In this document: positions 47,615 to 56,267 of the stretch, piece by piece
How the letters are laid out: every line of letters begins with the position of its first letter
How positions within the stretch are numbered: position 1 is the first letter of the stretch
Assembly (NCBI GenBank): GCA_964494945.1
Contig: CAZBTX010000002.1
Coordinates: 38,696 to 102,695 of the forward strand
Length of the DNA stretch: 64,000 nt
Direction of reading: 5' to 3'
Origin: an uncultured Candidatus Saccharibacteria bacterium
Lineage (GTDB): Bacteria > Patescibacteriota > Minisyncoccia > Sungbacterales > JACQCQ01
Program-made: the position numbers and the translations under genes
The notes under the pieces: model-generated
Told to the model about the DNA's origin: nothing
Seen by the model: only the letters and a program-made list of their open reading frames with translations
Database searches by the model: none

Positions 47615-48112
47615 GTGAGAGAAGTGGCGACCATCGGACTTCTGCACGGCCACGACAGAAGCAGAAAAGGCACGCTGAACCGGCAAACCATCCAGCGCTG
47701 TAAAAAAGCTGTCGAGCTCTACAAGAAAGGAGCGATTGGCAAAATCGCCATCACCATCAGATCACGCAACCCCCTCGCGAACCTCGCCTGGGAAATGCGG
47801 CACTTTCTCATCACCAGCGGCATTCCGGAAAGCGACATCATCGTTCGCGCGGAGGGCGATGATACCGTAGGCGAAGTCCTGGCGTGTATGCTTTGCGTCA
47901 GTGAACGCGACGGCGTGGTATCAATCTCCAGCTGGTACCACATCCCGCGAGTTTGGTTCATTTGGAAGATGATATGCGGCAGACGAGTCAATCTCGCGCC
48001 GTCACGAGGCGGGGATTGGCTGGATGTCTCGCTTGAGATTCTCGCGTTCCCGGTATCATTTTTGCGGTTCCGGAAAAAGTCCAGAAGTCAGGCCCACCCC
48101 GCCCCGAGATGA
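47615..48112 (+). CDS. DUF218/YdcF-like protein (tentative), GC-rich
   Basis: GDDTVGE and SSWYHIPR motifs. Confidence 0.35.
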   Translation: MREVATIGLLHGHDRSRKGTLNRQTIQRCKKAVELYKKGAIGKIAITIRSRNPLANLAWEMRHFLITSGIPESDIIVRAEGDDTVGEVLACMLCVSERDGVVSISSWYHIPRVWFIWKMICGRRVNLAPSRGGDWLDVSLEILAFPVSFLRFRKKSRSQAHPAPR

Positions 48113-48173
48113 ACTCTCGGGGCGAATTCTTTCTATGCGTCCCCACAGGGACTCGAACCTTGGGGAATAATGA

Positions 48174-48245
48174 CGCCCTCGACAGGAATCGAACCTGTAC
48201 CGCGCCCTTCGGAGGGGCGCATTGTGTCCATTCAACTACGAGGGC
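48174..48245 (-). tRNA. tRNA-Arg (anticodon CCG)
   Basis: Hand-folded on the minus strand. Acceptor gccctcg/cgagggc, D stem gttg/caat, anticodon stem cgccc/gggcg with loop cTCCGaa, T arm acagg-ttcgatt-cctgt, discriminator G. Confidence 0.7.
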
Positions 48246-48618
48246 AATGTTAGACCGCGCTCGTTCCGCTCCCCTAAGACGGAAGTTCCGCTTACGCGGA
48301 AACTCTCGCGTCTCGCCGGCGAAACCCAGGGAAAATCACGTTTCGATAAATCTACACTTTTCCGATTATAAAAACAAAACCCATACGACACCGAGGTGTT
48401 ATATGGGTGAGGAGCGCGTTGCCGCTCTCCTAGCTTCTGCCAGCCGCTGGATTGAGGCCATTCCCTCCGACGTCTCGGAAAGGACGCCCGGCTGGGTGGA
48501 GAAACGGAACATCCGCACTCCTCACGCTTGGCGCGCGCCTTCTTATGAAGTTGTCAGGTGTGCATTCTCTACGGAGGTTTCTTCGTCTTCATCGGGTCTC
48601 CCGACGAGTACGTCTCGG

Positions 48619-48825
48619 CTAGTGGGTGTCCTTCTCGAACTCCCCGCTTCTCCGGAGCGTCTCCCGCACATCTTGTGGCAAGACGCTCACGACACCTCCC
48701 GGACCCGTCACCGAACGACGGCTTCTCTCCAGCTGCGCGATACGAAGACTTCGCGCTGCCTGCTCGGGTGTTTCCTTGCGTCGCGGGGTATGTCCGGGGT
48801 CCTCTTCAACAGCCGAGCTCACCAT
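48619..48825 (-). CDS. small charged hypothetical protein in GC-rich island
   Basis: AGGAGG Shine-Dalgarno 7 nt upstream. The caggaggattcac leader is identical to the 9064 gene leader. Confidence 0.3.
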   Translation of the reverse strand: MVSSAVEEDPGHTPRRKETPEQAARSLRIAQLERSRRSVTGPGGVVSVLPQDVRETLRRSGEFEKDTH

Positions 48826-48982
48826 GAGTGAATCCTCCTGAAAGAAAGATGCGGCGTTTTCGCCGTTACTGCGTTTTTACAAAGTGCTCCTCCTTTCTCC
48901 CATAAAGGCCTGGGGGTATTAAACAAATAATACGCCATATCCGGCGTATGCGTCAACAAAGGTAAATTCCCAACTTGCCCAA

Positions 48983-49480
48983 CTAGGTATGTCTATCCGC
49001 CACTGAAGAAGCCGCATAAGCGCCAGGTTTTGTAACGGCTGTGAAATTAAAACCTCTTACCATACCCACCACTTCATCCACAAAATTTCTGGTAAGCCCT
49101 TTATCGCCCACGTCAATATGTATCTGGTCCTGCCAGAAAATATCCTCGCCCAAAGTATCGCGAAGCCGCCCGCGAGTTTCTTGCGCCAGGGTGATGGAAG
49201 ACATGGTTTCGGCGTAAATCCGGTCCCGCACCTGGCGATAAATCGCGGGGCGTCCTCTAACATAAAAATAACGGCCGCCGTTCCCCACTCTACGAACAGT
49301 TAGAGCCGTTACGATGGAAACGGGCTTGTCGTAAGTGCCGGCCGAATCCGAGCCAATAATTATCTCATACTTATGCTCCGGCTTTTCGGCGATGTAGCCG
49401 GCAATTTCTGCCATAACCTCGGCCAAACTCAAAAAGCGCATAGTGCTTATCGATTGAAATATCTTTTCCGTGTCTGACAT
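48983..49480 (-). CDS. DUF458/YkuK-like RNase H-fold protein (tentative)
   Basis: IIGSDSAG...VTALTV pattern. Confidence 0.4.
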   Translation of the reverse strand: MSDTEKIFQSISTMRFLSLAEVMAEIAGYIAEKPEHKYEIIIGSDSAGTYDKPVSIVTALTVRRVGNGGRYFYVRGRPAIYRQVRDRIYAETMSSITLAQETRGRLRDTLGEDIFWQDQIHIDVGDKGLTRNFVDEVVGMVRGFNFTAVTKPGAYAASSVADRHT

Positions 49481-49501
49481 ATTAGTTCGTCTAAAATCCC
49501 T

Positions 49502-50086
49502 TTAAAAAAGGGTCGGCTCCCGGACTTCTTTTTCGGACATACGCTTCCAACTAACTGGTATAATTCTCGCGTTACTCCCTATCCTCGACTCCAGCTTTAT
49601 GTGCCCGTTGGAAACACCGAACTCAAATAGGTCTTTAGTGATTTTTACGTCGTCCAGGCAGTACTGGCGCAGTTTTTCAAGATTCCCCTCTTTATACCAG
49701 CGAACGGCTTCCAGTCCGTGCCCGGATTTTGACACGCCCAAGGTTGCTTTGGCAAGGTCAATTAATTTGGGGCGAAATCCCAGAACTCTCGTTGCTTCTT
49801 CCATTAGGTCAAGGGTATTTAGATTTCTTAGATTAAGATTTTTTAGATGCGGCTGTAAAACCCGATAATCAAAGTGTTTAATGTTAAATCCTATGACACG
49901 TTTGGCTTGGGAAAGCAGTATCTCAAATTTTTCTACTTCATGTTCATTAAAAGAGCTGTAAGTCATGTCACCATACGAATAAGCGCCTATCAATGAAATC
50001 CCCAAATTGGCAAAATCGGTTCTCCCGCCGACTTCGTGAAAGGCCTTCTGGGTTTCTACGTCAAAAACGATCTCGCCCCCAAGCAT
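49502..50086 (-). CDS. DEDDy-type 3'-5' exonuclease
   Basis: Exo I FDVET, Exo II GFNIKHFD, Exo III YCLDDVKIT. Confidence 0.55.
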   Translation of the reverse strand: MLGGEIVFDVETQKAFHEVGGRTDFANLGISLIGAYSYGDMTYSSFNEHEVEKFEILLSQAKRVIGFNIKHFDYRVLQPHLKNLNLRNLNTLDLMEEATRVLGFRPKLIDLAKATLGVSKSGHGLEAVRWYKEGNLEKLRQYCLDDVKITKDLFEFGVSNGHIKLESRIGSNARIIPVSWKRMSEKEVREPTLF

Positions 50087-50089
50087 AAA

Positions 50090-50581
50090 TTATTCCGGCG
50101 TTTTAATTTTCACTTTATCTCCAGTCAATATTTTATGCCTCTCCACAAATCCCGCTGGCACTTCCAGTACTTGGTCTACGGCAATCGGTGAAGAATAACG
50201 GAGAAGGGCCGCGTCAACGGAAGCAGCCAGTGGCGGTAATGCGTTGGTCTCGGTGCCAATCACAACACCGTCCCGGATCCAAATAATATCAATGGGAATT
50301 AACATACCTCTCATCCAAAAAACCTGCGGCTCGGGCTTTTCAGTCCTAAAAAGCATGCCTTCGTATTCGCCCAGGAACGTCCTACCCGCAAGACCCTTCT
50401 CGCGTTCACCTAGCGATTCAGCGAGAGTCGCTGATATTTTAGACCCCCCTATTTCTACAACAACTTCTTTACTTACCGAATTATTGCTAACAACCTGAAA
50501 TGTTAAAATCGCAACCCCCACCAAAATAAAAATTGTGAGTCCTGAAACTAGCCATAAAAATCCCCGAAAGTTTAAATTCAT
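50090..50581 (-). CDS. DUF192 family protein
   Basis: N-terminal TM helix and FWMRGMLIPIDIIWI motif. Confidence 0.55.
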   Translation of the reverse strand: MNLNFRGFLWLVSGLTIFILVGVAILTFQVVSNNSVSKEVVVEIGGSKISATLAESLGEREKGLAGRTFLGEYEGMLFRTEKPEPQVFWMRGMLIPIDIIWIRDGVVIGTETNALPPLAASVDAALLRYSSPIAVDQVLEVPAGFVERHKILTGDKVKIKTPE

Positions 50582-50585
50582 GAAA

Positions 50586-51248
50586 TTATGAACCAGTTTG
50601 ATACAACCAGTCAGCCAAAATTTTTAGATATTCGGGTTTCCGTTCTAGCATGGTTGTTCCATGCCCCGCGTCATGCAGTATTTCCATTTTTTTATCGCTG
50701 GTTGCGACCTCAAAAAGTTCTTTAGTGGAAGCGGCTGAATATTCATCATCCTCTGACGCCATAAAAAACACCTGCTGGCCTGTATGCAACTTGACCGCGG
50801 CATCTTTGGTTAATACCCCGCGATAATCAAGCCCCGGAGACAAAATTATCAATGAACGAATTTCCGGGTGAGCCGCCGCGTACACCAAAGCTAGGTTAGC
50901 GCCGATGGAAGCTCCCGCGATGGAAATTTCTTTCATCTTCTTTTCATTTTTTAAGAACTGCGACGCCGCCTCCACGTCTTGAATACTGGCTTGGTGGTCC
51001 TCGTCTTTGAAATTCTGATAATCCAACAAAGTGCCGTTGGGACCGGTTGTAGATTCTCCATGCCCCCTTAGATCAACGGCGAGCACTGAAAGCCCGTCCG
51101 CCACCAGAGCATTGGCAAATGCCGTCCAGGAAGCCCGAGTGGCGGGCATCATATGTAAAAGCAAAACGGCCCTGTCTCTGCCGCCTTCGTAATAGTCGCC
51201 GATGATACTGACCCAGTCTTCAGTTATAATGCCTACGCGTTCGTTCAT
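50586..51248 (-). CDS. alpha/beta hydrolase
   Basis: LAVDLRGHGES and a nucleophile-elbow region. Confidence 0.5.
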   Translation of the reverse strand: MNERVGIITEDWVSIIGDYYEGGRDRAVLLLHMMPATRASWTAFANALVADGLSVLAVDLRGHGESTTGPNGTLLDYQNFKDEDHQASIQDVEAASQFLKNEKKMKEISIAGASIGANLALVYAAAHPEIRSLIILSPGLDYRGVLTKDAAVKLHTGQQVFFMASEDDEYSAASTKELFEVATSDKKMEILHDAGHGTTMLERKPEYLKILADWLYQTGS

Positions 51249-51388
51249 AAGTAGAAGATATTATAACTTCAAAAGCTCAAAGCTCAAAGCTCAAAACAAT
51301 CCATAAGCATAAAAATGTAAATTCTAAACGTTTATAATTTTGAATTTAGAATTTGTTTTGGATTTTGAAGTTTGAATTTTGGATTTTC

Positions 51389-52594
51389 TCAATAGGCGTT
51401 TTTTGCGTAAAAATCTGCGCGAAATTCGTTAAAATCTCCGTTTTTTATCGCTTCCCGGCACCGCGCCACCAGCTGGTTCATGAAATAAAGATTATGGATA
51501 GTTGCGAGACGCTTGGCTAATAACTCGCCTGTACGAAACAAGTGATGTAAATAACTCCGCGTGAAATTGACGCAGGTCATGCACTTGCATTCCTCTCCAA
51601 TTGGCGATAAGTCCATCCGATATTCAGCGTTTTTTATGTGCAACTTGCCGGTGTCGGTGTAAAGCGTCCCGTTCCTGGCTTCTCGTGTTGGTACCACGCA
51701 ATCAAACAAATCCACACCCTCCCCTATAACATCCATAATTTCTTTTGGAGAGCCCATACCTAAAAGATGCCGCGGTTTTTCTTCCGGCAATGTGGAAGTC
51801 ATCCAGCCCACGACTTTTTTGATATCTTCCTTGGTGATACCTACTGGACCACCTAGACCAAACCCGTCAAAAGACATAGCGCCAATTTCCTTGACGCTTT
51901 TTTCTCTCAAATCCTGCCACACGCCACCCTGAATTACACCGAACATTGCCTGGTCGCTCCGGCTCTTAGCATCAATGCAACGCTTGGCCCAGCGTGTTGT
52001 TCTATCCACTGCGGCTTTGGTGTATTCATACGAAGACAGGGGCGAAGTGCATTCATCAAACGTAAAGAACATATCCGCCCCCAGCATCTCCTGGATACCC
52101 ACCGAAATTTCGGGAGAAAGTTCGAGGGTATTCCCCTCTCGCGGCGATTGGAATATGACTTTTTCTTCCGTGATTTTTATTTTTCTCGGCGCTTCAAGCT
52201 CGGTTTTTGTCAGATCGGCGGGCACATCTCCACCCGGAAAGAACGGGACATTTTTGCCGATACCATGGTCTGACCCGAATCCCATGGAAAATACTTGAAA
52301 TCCTCCGGAATCCGTCATGGTCGGGCCGTCCCAATTCATGAATTTCGCAAGTCCTCCGGCCTTGGCAATAACCTCATGCCGCCCATCCAGATATAAATGA
52401 TAAGTATTGGCGAGTATCACTTGTGACCCCGCATCATGTATTTCATCCGGCGTTAAAGTGCGCACAGATGCCAAAGTCCCCACGGTCACGAATGACGGCG
52501 TCTTAATAACGCCGTGCGGCGTTTCTATACGGCCGGCGCGCGCCCGACTTTTGGTGTCTATAGCTTCAATTGAGAAACTAATCGCGCTCATCAC
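51389..52594 (-). CDS. tgt: queuine tRNA-ribosyltransferase
   Basis: Tgt core and C-terminal zinc site CKCMTC...H. Confidence 0.7.
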   Translation of the reverse strand: MMSAISFSIEAIDTKSRARAGRIETPHGVIKTPSFVTVGTLASVRTLTPDEIHDAGSQVILANTYHLYLDGRHEVIAKAGGLAKFMNWDGPTMTDSGGFQVFSMGFGSDHGIGKNVPFFPGGDVPADLTKTELEAPRKIKITEEKVIFQSPREGNTLELSPEISVGIQEMLGADMFFTFDECTSPLSSYEYTKAAVDRTTRWAKRCIDAKSRSDQAMFGVIQGGVWQDLREKSVKEIGAMSFDGFGLGGPVGITKEDIKKVVGWMTSTLPEEKPRHLLGMGSPKEIMDVIGEGVDLFDCVVPTREARNGTLYTDTGKLHIKNAEYRMDLSPIGEECKCMTCVNFTRSYLHHLFRTGELLAKRLATIHNLYFMNQLVARCREAIKNGDFNEFRADFYAKNAY

Positions 52595-52711
52595 ACCTTG
52601 TTAATACTATGAACCCCTCGCGAAGAGAAGCGGCAACACGCCTTTACGCCGTCTACATTCCTGATACATTAAAACCACGCGCCCTACGATCAAACCATAA
52701 AGGAGACACCC

Positions 52712-53203
52712 ATGCCGGCAGCCAGATTACCGAGGGGTCCCAAAAGGCCTGTAGCAAAACCTACGCCAACGCCACGTCAGGATACCCTACGCATTCACAG
52801 TAGCATCATCGCGCGTCGCTTCGTACTCGCCAATATCCGAGGCGAGCAGGTCTTGGTACCCAGAAAAAGGGCGGAGCGGGAAGGACTTTCTTTTGTTCCT
52901 TTCCCGCAATCGTCACCGCCCAAACCATTGAGACTGCCGAGGTTGCCTAAGCGCCTCAAGGCGCCCGGGCCGCGAAATATTCCCAACCCGCCACCTTCTC
53001 GAATTCCACTAGCGGGTTTTGGGCTGATTGAGGTCCGCGGCAGAACCCGGATAACTAAGCTTCGCGCTAGAATATCCCAAACGGAGCCGGCGCCTTTGCC
53101 CACCTCGCGCGTCGTCTCGCCGCACCTTGCTCTCATCACGAGGGGGGGGACATACCCGCATCGTAAAATGCCGCCAGACGTAAAGAGAGCGGCCGTCAGC
53201 TGA
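52712..53203 (+). CDS. Pro/Arg-rich basic hypothetical protein (GC-rich island)
   Basis: AAAGGAG Shine-Dalgarno. Ends inside a palindromic terminator. Low-complexity sequence. Confidence 0.3.
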   Translation: MPAARLPRGPKRPVAKPTPTPRQDTLRIHSSIIARRFVLANIRGEQVLVPRKRAEREGLSFVPFPQSSPPKPLRLPRLPKRLKAPGPRNIPNPPPSRIPLAGFGLIEVRGRTRITKLRARISQTEPAPLPTSRVVSPHLALITRGGTYPHRKMPPDVKRAAVS

Positions 53204-53220
53204 CGGCCGCTCTTCTCTAA
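53186..53220. terminator. bidirectional palindromic terminator
   Basis: agagcggccgtcag/ctgacggccgctct, a perfect 28-bp palindrome between convergent genes. Confidence 0.5.
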
Positions 53221-53999
53221 TCAATTTCGTACGTAACGCTAACGTAAGACCTCACTTCATTCTGCCCCACTTGAATATCCGGCAACGGACCGCCGCCTCC
53301 ACCCTTACCAAAAGCTTCAGCACCGTAAATAATCGGCGGCTGACTCCCGCCGGATTCGGAATAATTCGTGATGCGCGCCAGTTTCACTCCCAGTTCTGAA
53401 GCCAGTTTTTCTGCTTTGGTTTTAGCATCAGCAATTGCTTGATTTCGAGCATCCTCTTGCGGTTTCTTGGGATCATCTACAGTGAACTGAAGTCCGGAAA
53501 CCTCATTGGCTCCGTTGGTAACAGCTCCGTTCAATATCGCCCCGACTTTAGCGAGGTCCCTGATCTTCAATTGAATGTCTTGTCGCACCGTATATCCCAA
53601 GAATTGCTGGCCGTTCTGCGAATAGTTGTATCTGGGATAAATGGAATAATTCACGGTCTTTATATCTTCATCTTTTACGCCCTGCGATTGGGCGTAATTT
53701 ATGACGGCATTGGCCGTTTTAGAATTCTTATCCTGCGTTTCCGCCAAGTTCGTGGACCCCGCCTCCGAAGAAACCGTAACTTGCACCGTCGCCACATCGG
53801 CCTTGATATAGGTCCTGCCCTCGCCAGCAACGGTAATGGAGCGAGTCAAATTCGGATTGGAGCCGATGAATTTATAGGCCTTAAATTGGCCCGCCGCCCA
53901 AATCGCGGCTGCCAGTGCTAAAACAATAAAGAAAAGCGACTTAGCGCCCGATTTTTGCCACCTCATACCCATTGGCGTTTGTGTGTCCATTTCATTCAT
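53217..53999 (-). CDS. SIMPL/DUF541 (BP26-like) periplasmic protein
   Basis: N-terminal TM helix and C-terminal VSVTYEID. Confidence 0.5.
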   Translation of the reverse strand: MNEMDTQTPMGMRWQKSGAKSLFFIVLALAAAIWAAGQFKAYKFIGSNPNLTRSITVAGEGRTYIKADVATVQVTVSSEAGSTNLAETQDKNSKTANAVINYAQSQGVKDEDIKTVNYSIYPRYNYSQNGQQFLGYTVRQDIQLKIRDLAKVGAILNGAVTNGANEVSGLQFTVDDPKKPQEDARNQAIADAKTKAEKLASELGVKLARITNYSESGGSQPPIIYGAEAFGKGGGGGPLPDIQVGQNEVRSYVSVTYEID

Positions 54000-54048
54000 A
54001 AAATTTATAAGTTAATTAAAATTTATTAAGCGCCTTAAAATTATAACC

Positions 54049-54297
54049 TCAATGCCCCAAAATTTCCACTAGCTTAACGCGGCCGGTAGTGCCGCATAAA
54101 ATTCTCACATTTGATTTCGCCGCGCCGAAATATTTGGCCATAAGCGCAATAACTTCTTGGTTAGCCCGATTTTCTACGGGAGCGGCCAGAACCCGCACGC
54201 GATAACTATCTCCAATTTTTTCAACGCTGGGGCGCTTAGCCCTTGTGATCACACGGACACTAATTTTCATATTTTCATATTTCCACGCGCTTACCAT
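54049..54297 (-). CDS. DUF167 (YggU) family protein
   Basis: ISVRV...APVENRANQEVIALMAKYF...VRILCG. Confidence 0.6.
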   Translation of the reverse strand: MVSAWKYENMKISVRVITRAKRPSVEKIGDSYRVRVLAAPVENRANQEVIALMAKYFGAAKSNVRILCGTTGRVKLVEILGH

Positions 54298-54714
54298 ATA
54301 TGTTTACGATAGGAAACATATATGGTAAAAGCGAATGAATCTGCAAGTGCACGAAATTGATCCATAAAAAGAATGGGCGGCGCGCCTTGCGGCGGCCGCC
54401 CCTGTGTGCGTCGGCGGGAGGTGATCAACCTCGCCAAAGATCTTGGAAAGTACCTCCTAACCGGGAGGGGGTTGGCCTCCCTTACGATTGCGCAGGCGCG
54501 CGATCACCTCCTTGGGAGACGTCTCTGCCACTTGGACTGCTTTTGTTTCCTGCTTCCCTTGGTTGTCGTGACCATTTGCGGTTCTCCGACGACACGGAAG
54601 TTCGCACGATAGCCCAAGATGTCAGCGAGACCCCCTTTCAGGTCGAGCAACGCGACCGAATACTTCCATTCTAGACCCTTATTTCTTTTTCGCATCTTTC
54701 TTTTTCAACAGCCA

Positions 54715-55497
54715 TTATTCTTTGGCTGAACGCCACATCATTTCAAAGATTGTGCGAAACGCATTTGCGATAACTTCACTTTCAATATTCACAGTGAAAT
54801 AATCCTTACTAATAGAAGAAATGAGTGTTCTGTCGCCGAAAATACCTATGTCCATTTGGAATAGCGGAAATTCCTTGGAGATAAATCGCGTGTGTTGATA
54901 TTCGTTGTCATATTCTTTCACATAAGCGCGAGCTTCTTCGGTTTCATATAGTATTCCCCGCACCGTAAATTCCGGCGAATAAGTTACGTAATGGAATTTT
55001 TTCATGGTGCGCGGAAAGGCCTCTTTAAAAAGCTCGAGATTACCCATGTAGAGCATATCGCCCCTGATTACAAAAACCTCATCGTAGGCGCGGTCTAGCG
55101 CTTCTTTCCCCTGATAGATCATTACGCGCGGCTTCCCCATCCCCCTCTGAAGGAGCGACTCTAATTGAGGAATAGCTTCCTTTAATTCTTTCAGTCGAAA
55201 TTCGGCTTCGGTGACCAGCTTCTGCGGGGGCTGCGGTACAAAGAATGTCTTCTTACCGCGTACGGTTTTCGTCACCAGGCCTTTTTCTTCAAGCGATTGT
55301 AAGGCAACATACGCCGTCGGGCGCTTAATGCCGGATTTTTTCGAGATACCCAGGACGGTTGCTTCTCCAAGCTCAAGCAGGCTCGTATAGAGCCGGGACT
55401 CCTTATCTTGAAGACCAAAAACCCATGGTGTTTTAGTAGTATTCATGAACCCCAGGATAGAGCTAAAACTCTGATTTGTCAATATTGCTGACAACAT
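54715..55497 (-). CDS. TrmB-family transcriptional regulator
   Basis: N-terminal wHTH (LYTSLLELGEATVLGISKKSGIKRPTAYVAL) plus a C-terminal effector domain. The likely start is 55446 (MNTTKTP). Confidence 0.55.
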   Translation of the reverse strand: MLSAILTNQSFSSILGFMNTTKTPWVFGLQDKESRLYTSLLELGEATVLGISKKSGIKRPTAYVALQSLEEKGLVTKTVRGKKTFFVPQPPQKLVTEAEFRLKELKEAIPQLESLLQRGMGKPRVMIYQGKEALDRAYDEVFVIRGDMLYMGNLELFKEAFPRTMKKFHYVTYSPEFTVRGILYETEEARAYVKEYDNEYQHTRFISKEFPLFQMDIGIFGDRTLISSISKDYFTVNIESEVIANAFRTIFEMMWRSAKE

Positions 55498-55553
55498 TAT
55501 TACATTTTTTAATCTAGTTTTTTCTATTTTTAGCCATTTTTATGATATTTGTA

Positions 55554-55582
55554 TTGACATTATTGACAAATTGCGATATGTA
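55554..55582 (+). promoter_or_regulatory. putative sigma70-like promoter for 55631 gene
   Basis: TTGACA, 17 bp, TATGTA. A tandem gattcgata/gattcgatc repeat lies downstream. Confidence 0.35.
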
Positions 55583-55630
55583 TTACAAAAGATTCGATAG
55601 ATTCGATCCTTCACAATAAGGAGAAACGGC

Positions 55631-56218
55631 ATGTTCTACGACTGGGTCTGCCAAGCTATTAATCTCCCCAACTACGTCGACAAGCGCCAGGCGCTCACGA
55701 CCCTCGTTTCCCGATGGGCGGTGAAGTACCCGCTGATCGCGGAGGCCATGGCTGGACGCGCAAGTTTCGAGAAGACGGTGGAGCCGATCGTGTCCGAGAA
55801 TCTCAAGATCCGGTATCTCCGCTACGGCGCTTGCGCCTCGGAATCGTTCCGGGGGAAAGCGGGTGAGATCGCGGAGAAAGTGAAAGATGTTTTCTACCTT
55901 CGTGGTATCGCCGAGCACCGTGTCTTTCCTTACGTGGAATACTTCACTATTTTAGCCGTACCTTTGTCAATCATGCTCGGGTTGTTGCTCTTATCCCTAA
56001 AAATGCAGGTCTTCAGGCCGGAAATAGAGCTATGGCTCGTCAAGCAACTGCTCTTTTGGGGAACGGTGGTGATTTTCTGCTTCTGGCTTCTCCTCTGCTT
56101 GACGAGTGAGTATGGAATAACTCGCGGGAGACAAGAAGCTGCGAAAATCATCACGTGCCAGGCTCGCTTCCTGGATGAAATCTTCGCGAAGCTCCGTAGC
56201 GGTGGGTCGTTCAACTAG
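55631..56218 (+). CDS. hypothetical membrane protein (GC-rich island)
   Basis: AAGGAG Shine-Dalgarno. Two TM helices. Its own terminator follows. Confidence 0.45.
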   Translation: MFYDWVCQAINLPNYVDKRQALTTLVSRWAVKYPLIAEAMAGRASFEKTVEPIVSENLKIRYLRYGACASESFRGKAGEIAEKVKDVFYLRGIAEHRVFPYVEYFTILAVPLSIMLGLLLLSLKMQVFRPEIELWLVKQLLFWGTVVIFCFWLLLCLTSEYGITRGRQEAAKIITCQARFLDEIFAKLRSGGSFN

Positions 56219-56225
56219 AACCAGC

Positions 56226-56267
56226 CCGGCCGCTCTCCTCGGGGAGAGCGGCCGGACTCACTTTTTA
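56226..56267. terminator. bidirectional rho-independent terminator
   Basis: 13-bp stem ccggccgctctcc/ggagagcggccgg with a T-run. Confidence 0.6.

Noticed and set aside
48109-48831. 240-aa ORF from the six-frame track
   Set aside because: It runs straight through the minus-strand tRNA-Arg and GC-rich non-coding sequence. The long ORF is an artefact of high GC.
48250-48900. RNase P RNA, SRP RNA or a permuted tmRNA in the GC-rich island
   Set aside because: I looked for the P4 consensus (AGGAAAGUCCGG / ACAGAAcCCGGCUUA), the SRP GGAAGCAGCC motif and a paired tmRNA 5' end. None was found, and the intact tRNA-Arg interrupts any tmRNA model.
54500-54515. 16S rRNA 3'-end fragment
   Set aside because: Only the 12-mer GATCACCTCCTT matches. 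The upstream sequence does not resemble helix 45, so it is reported only as a motif coincidence or structure.
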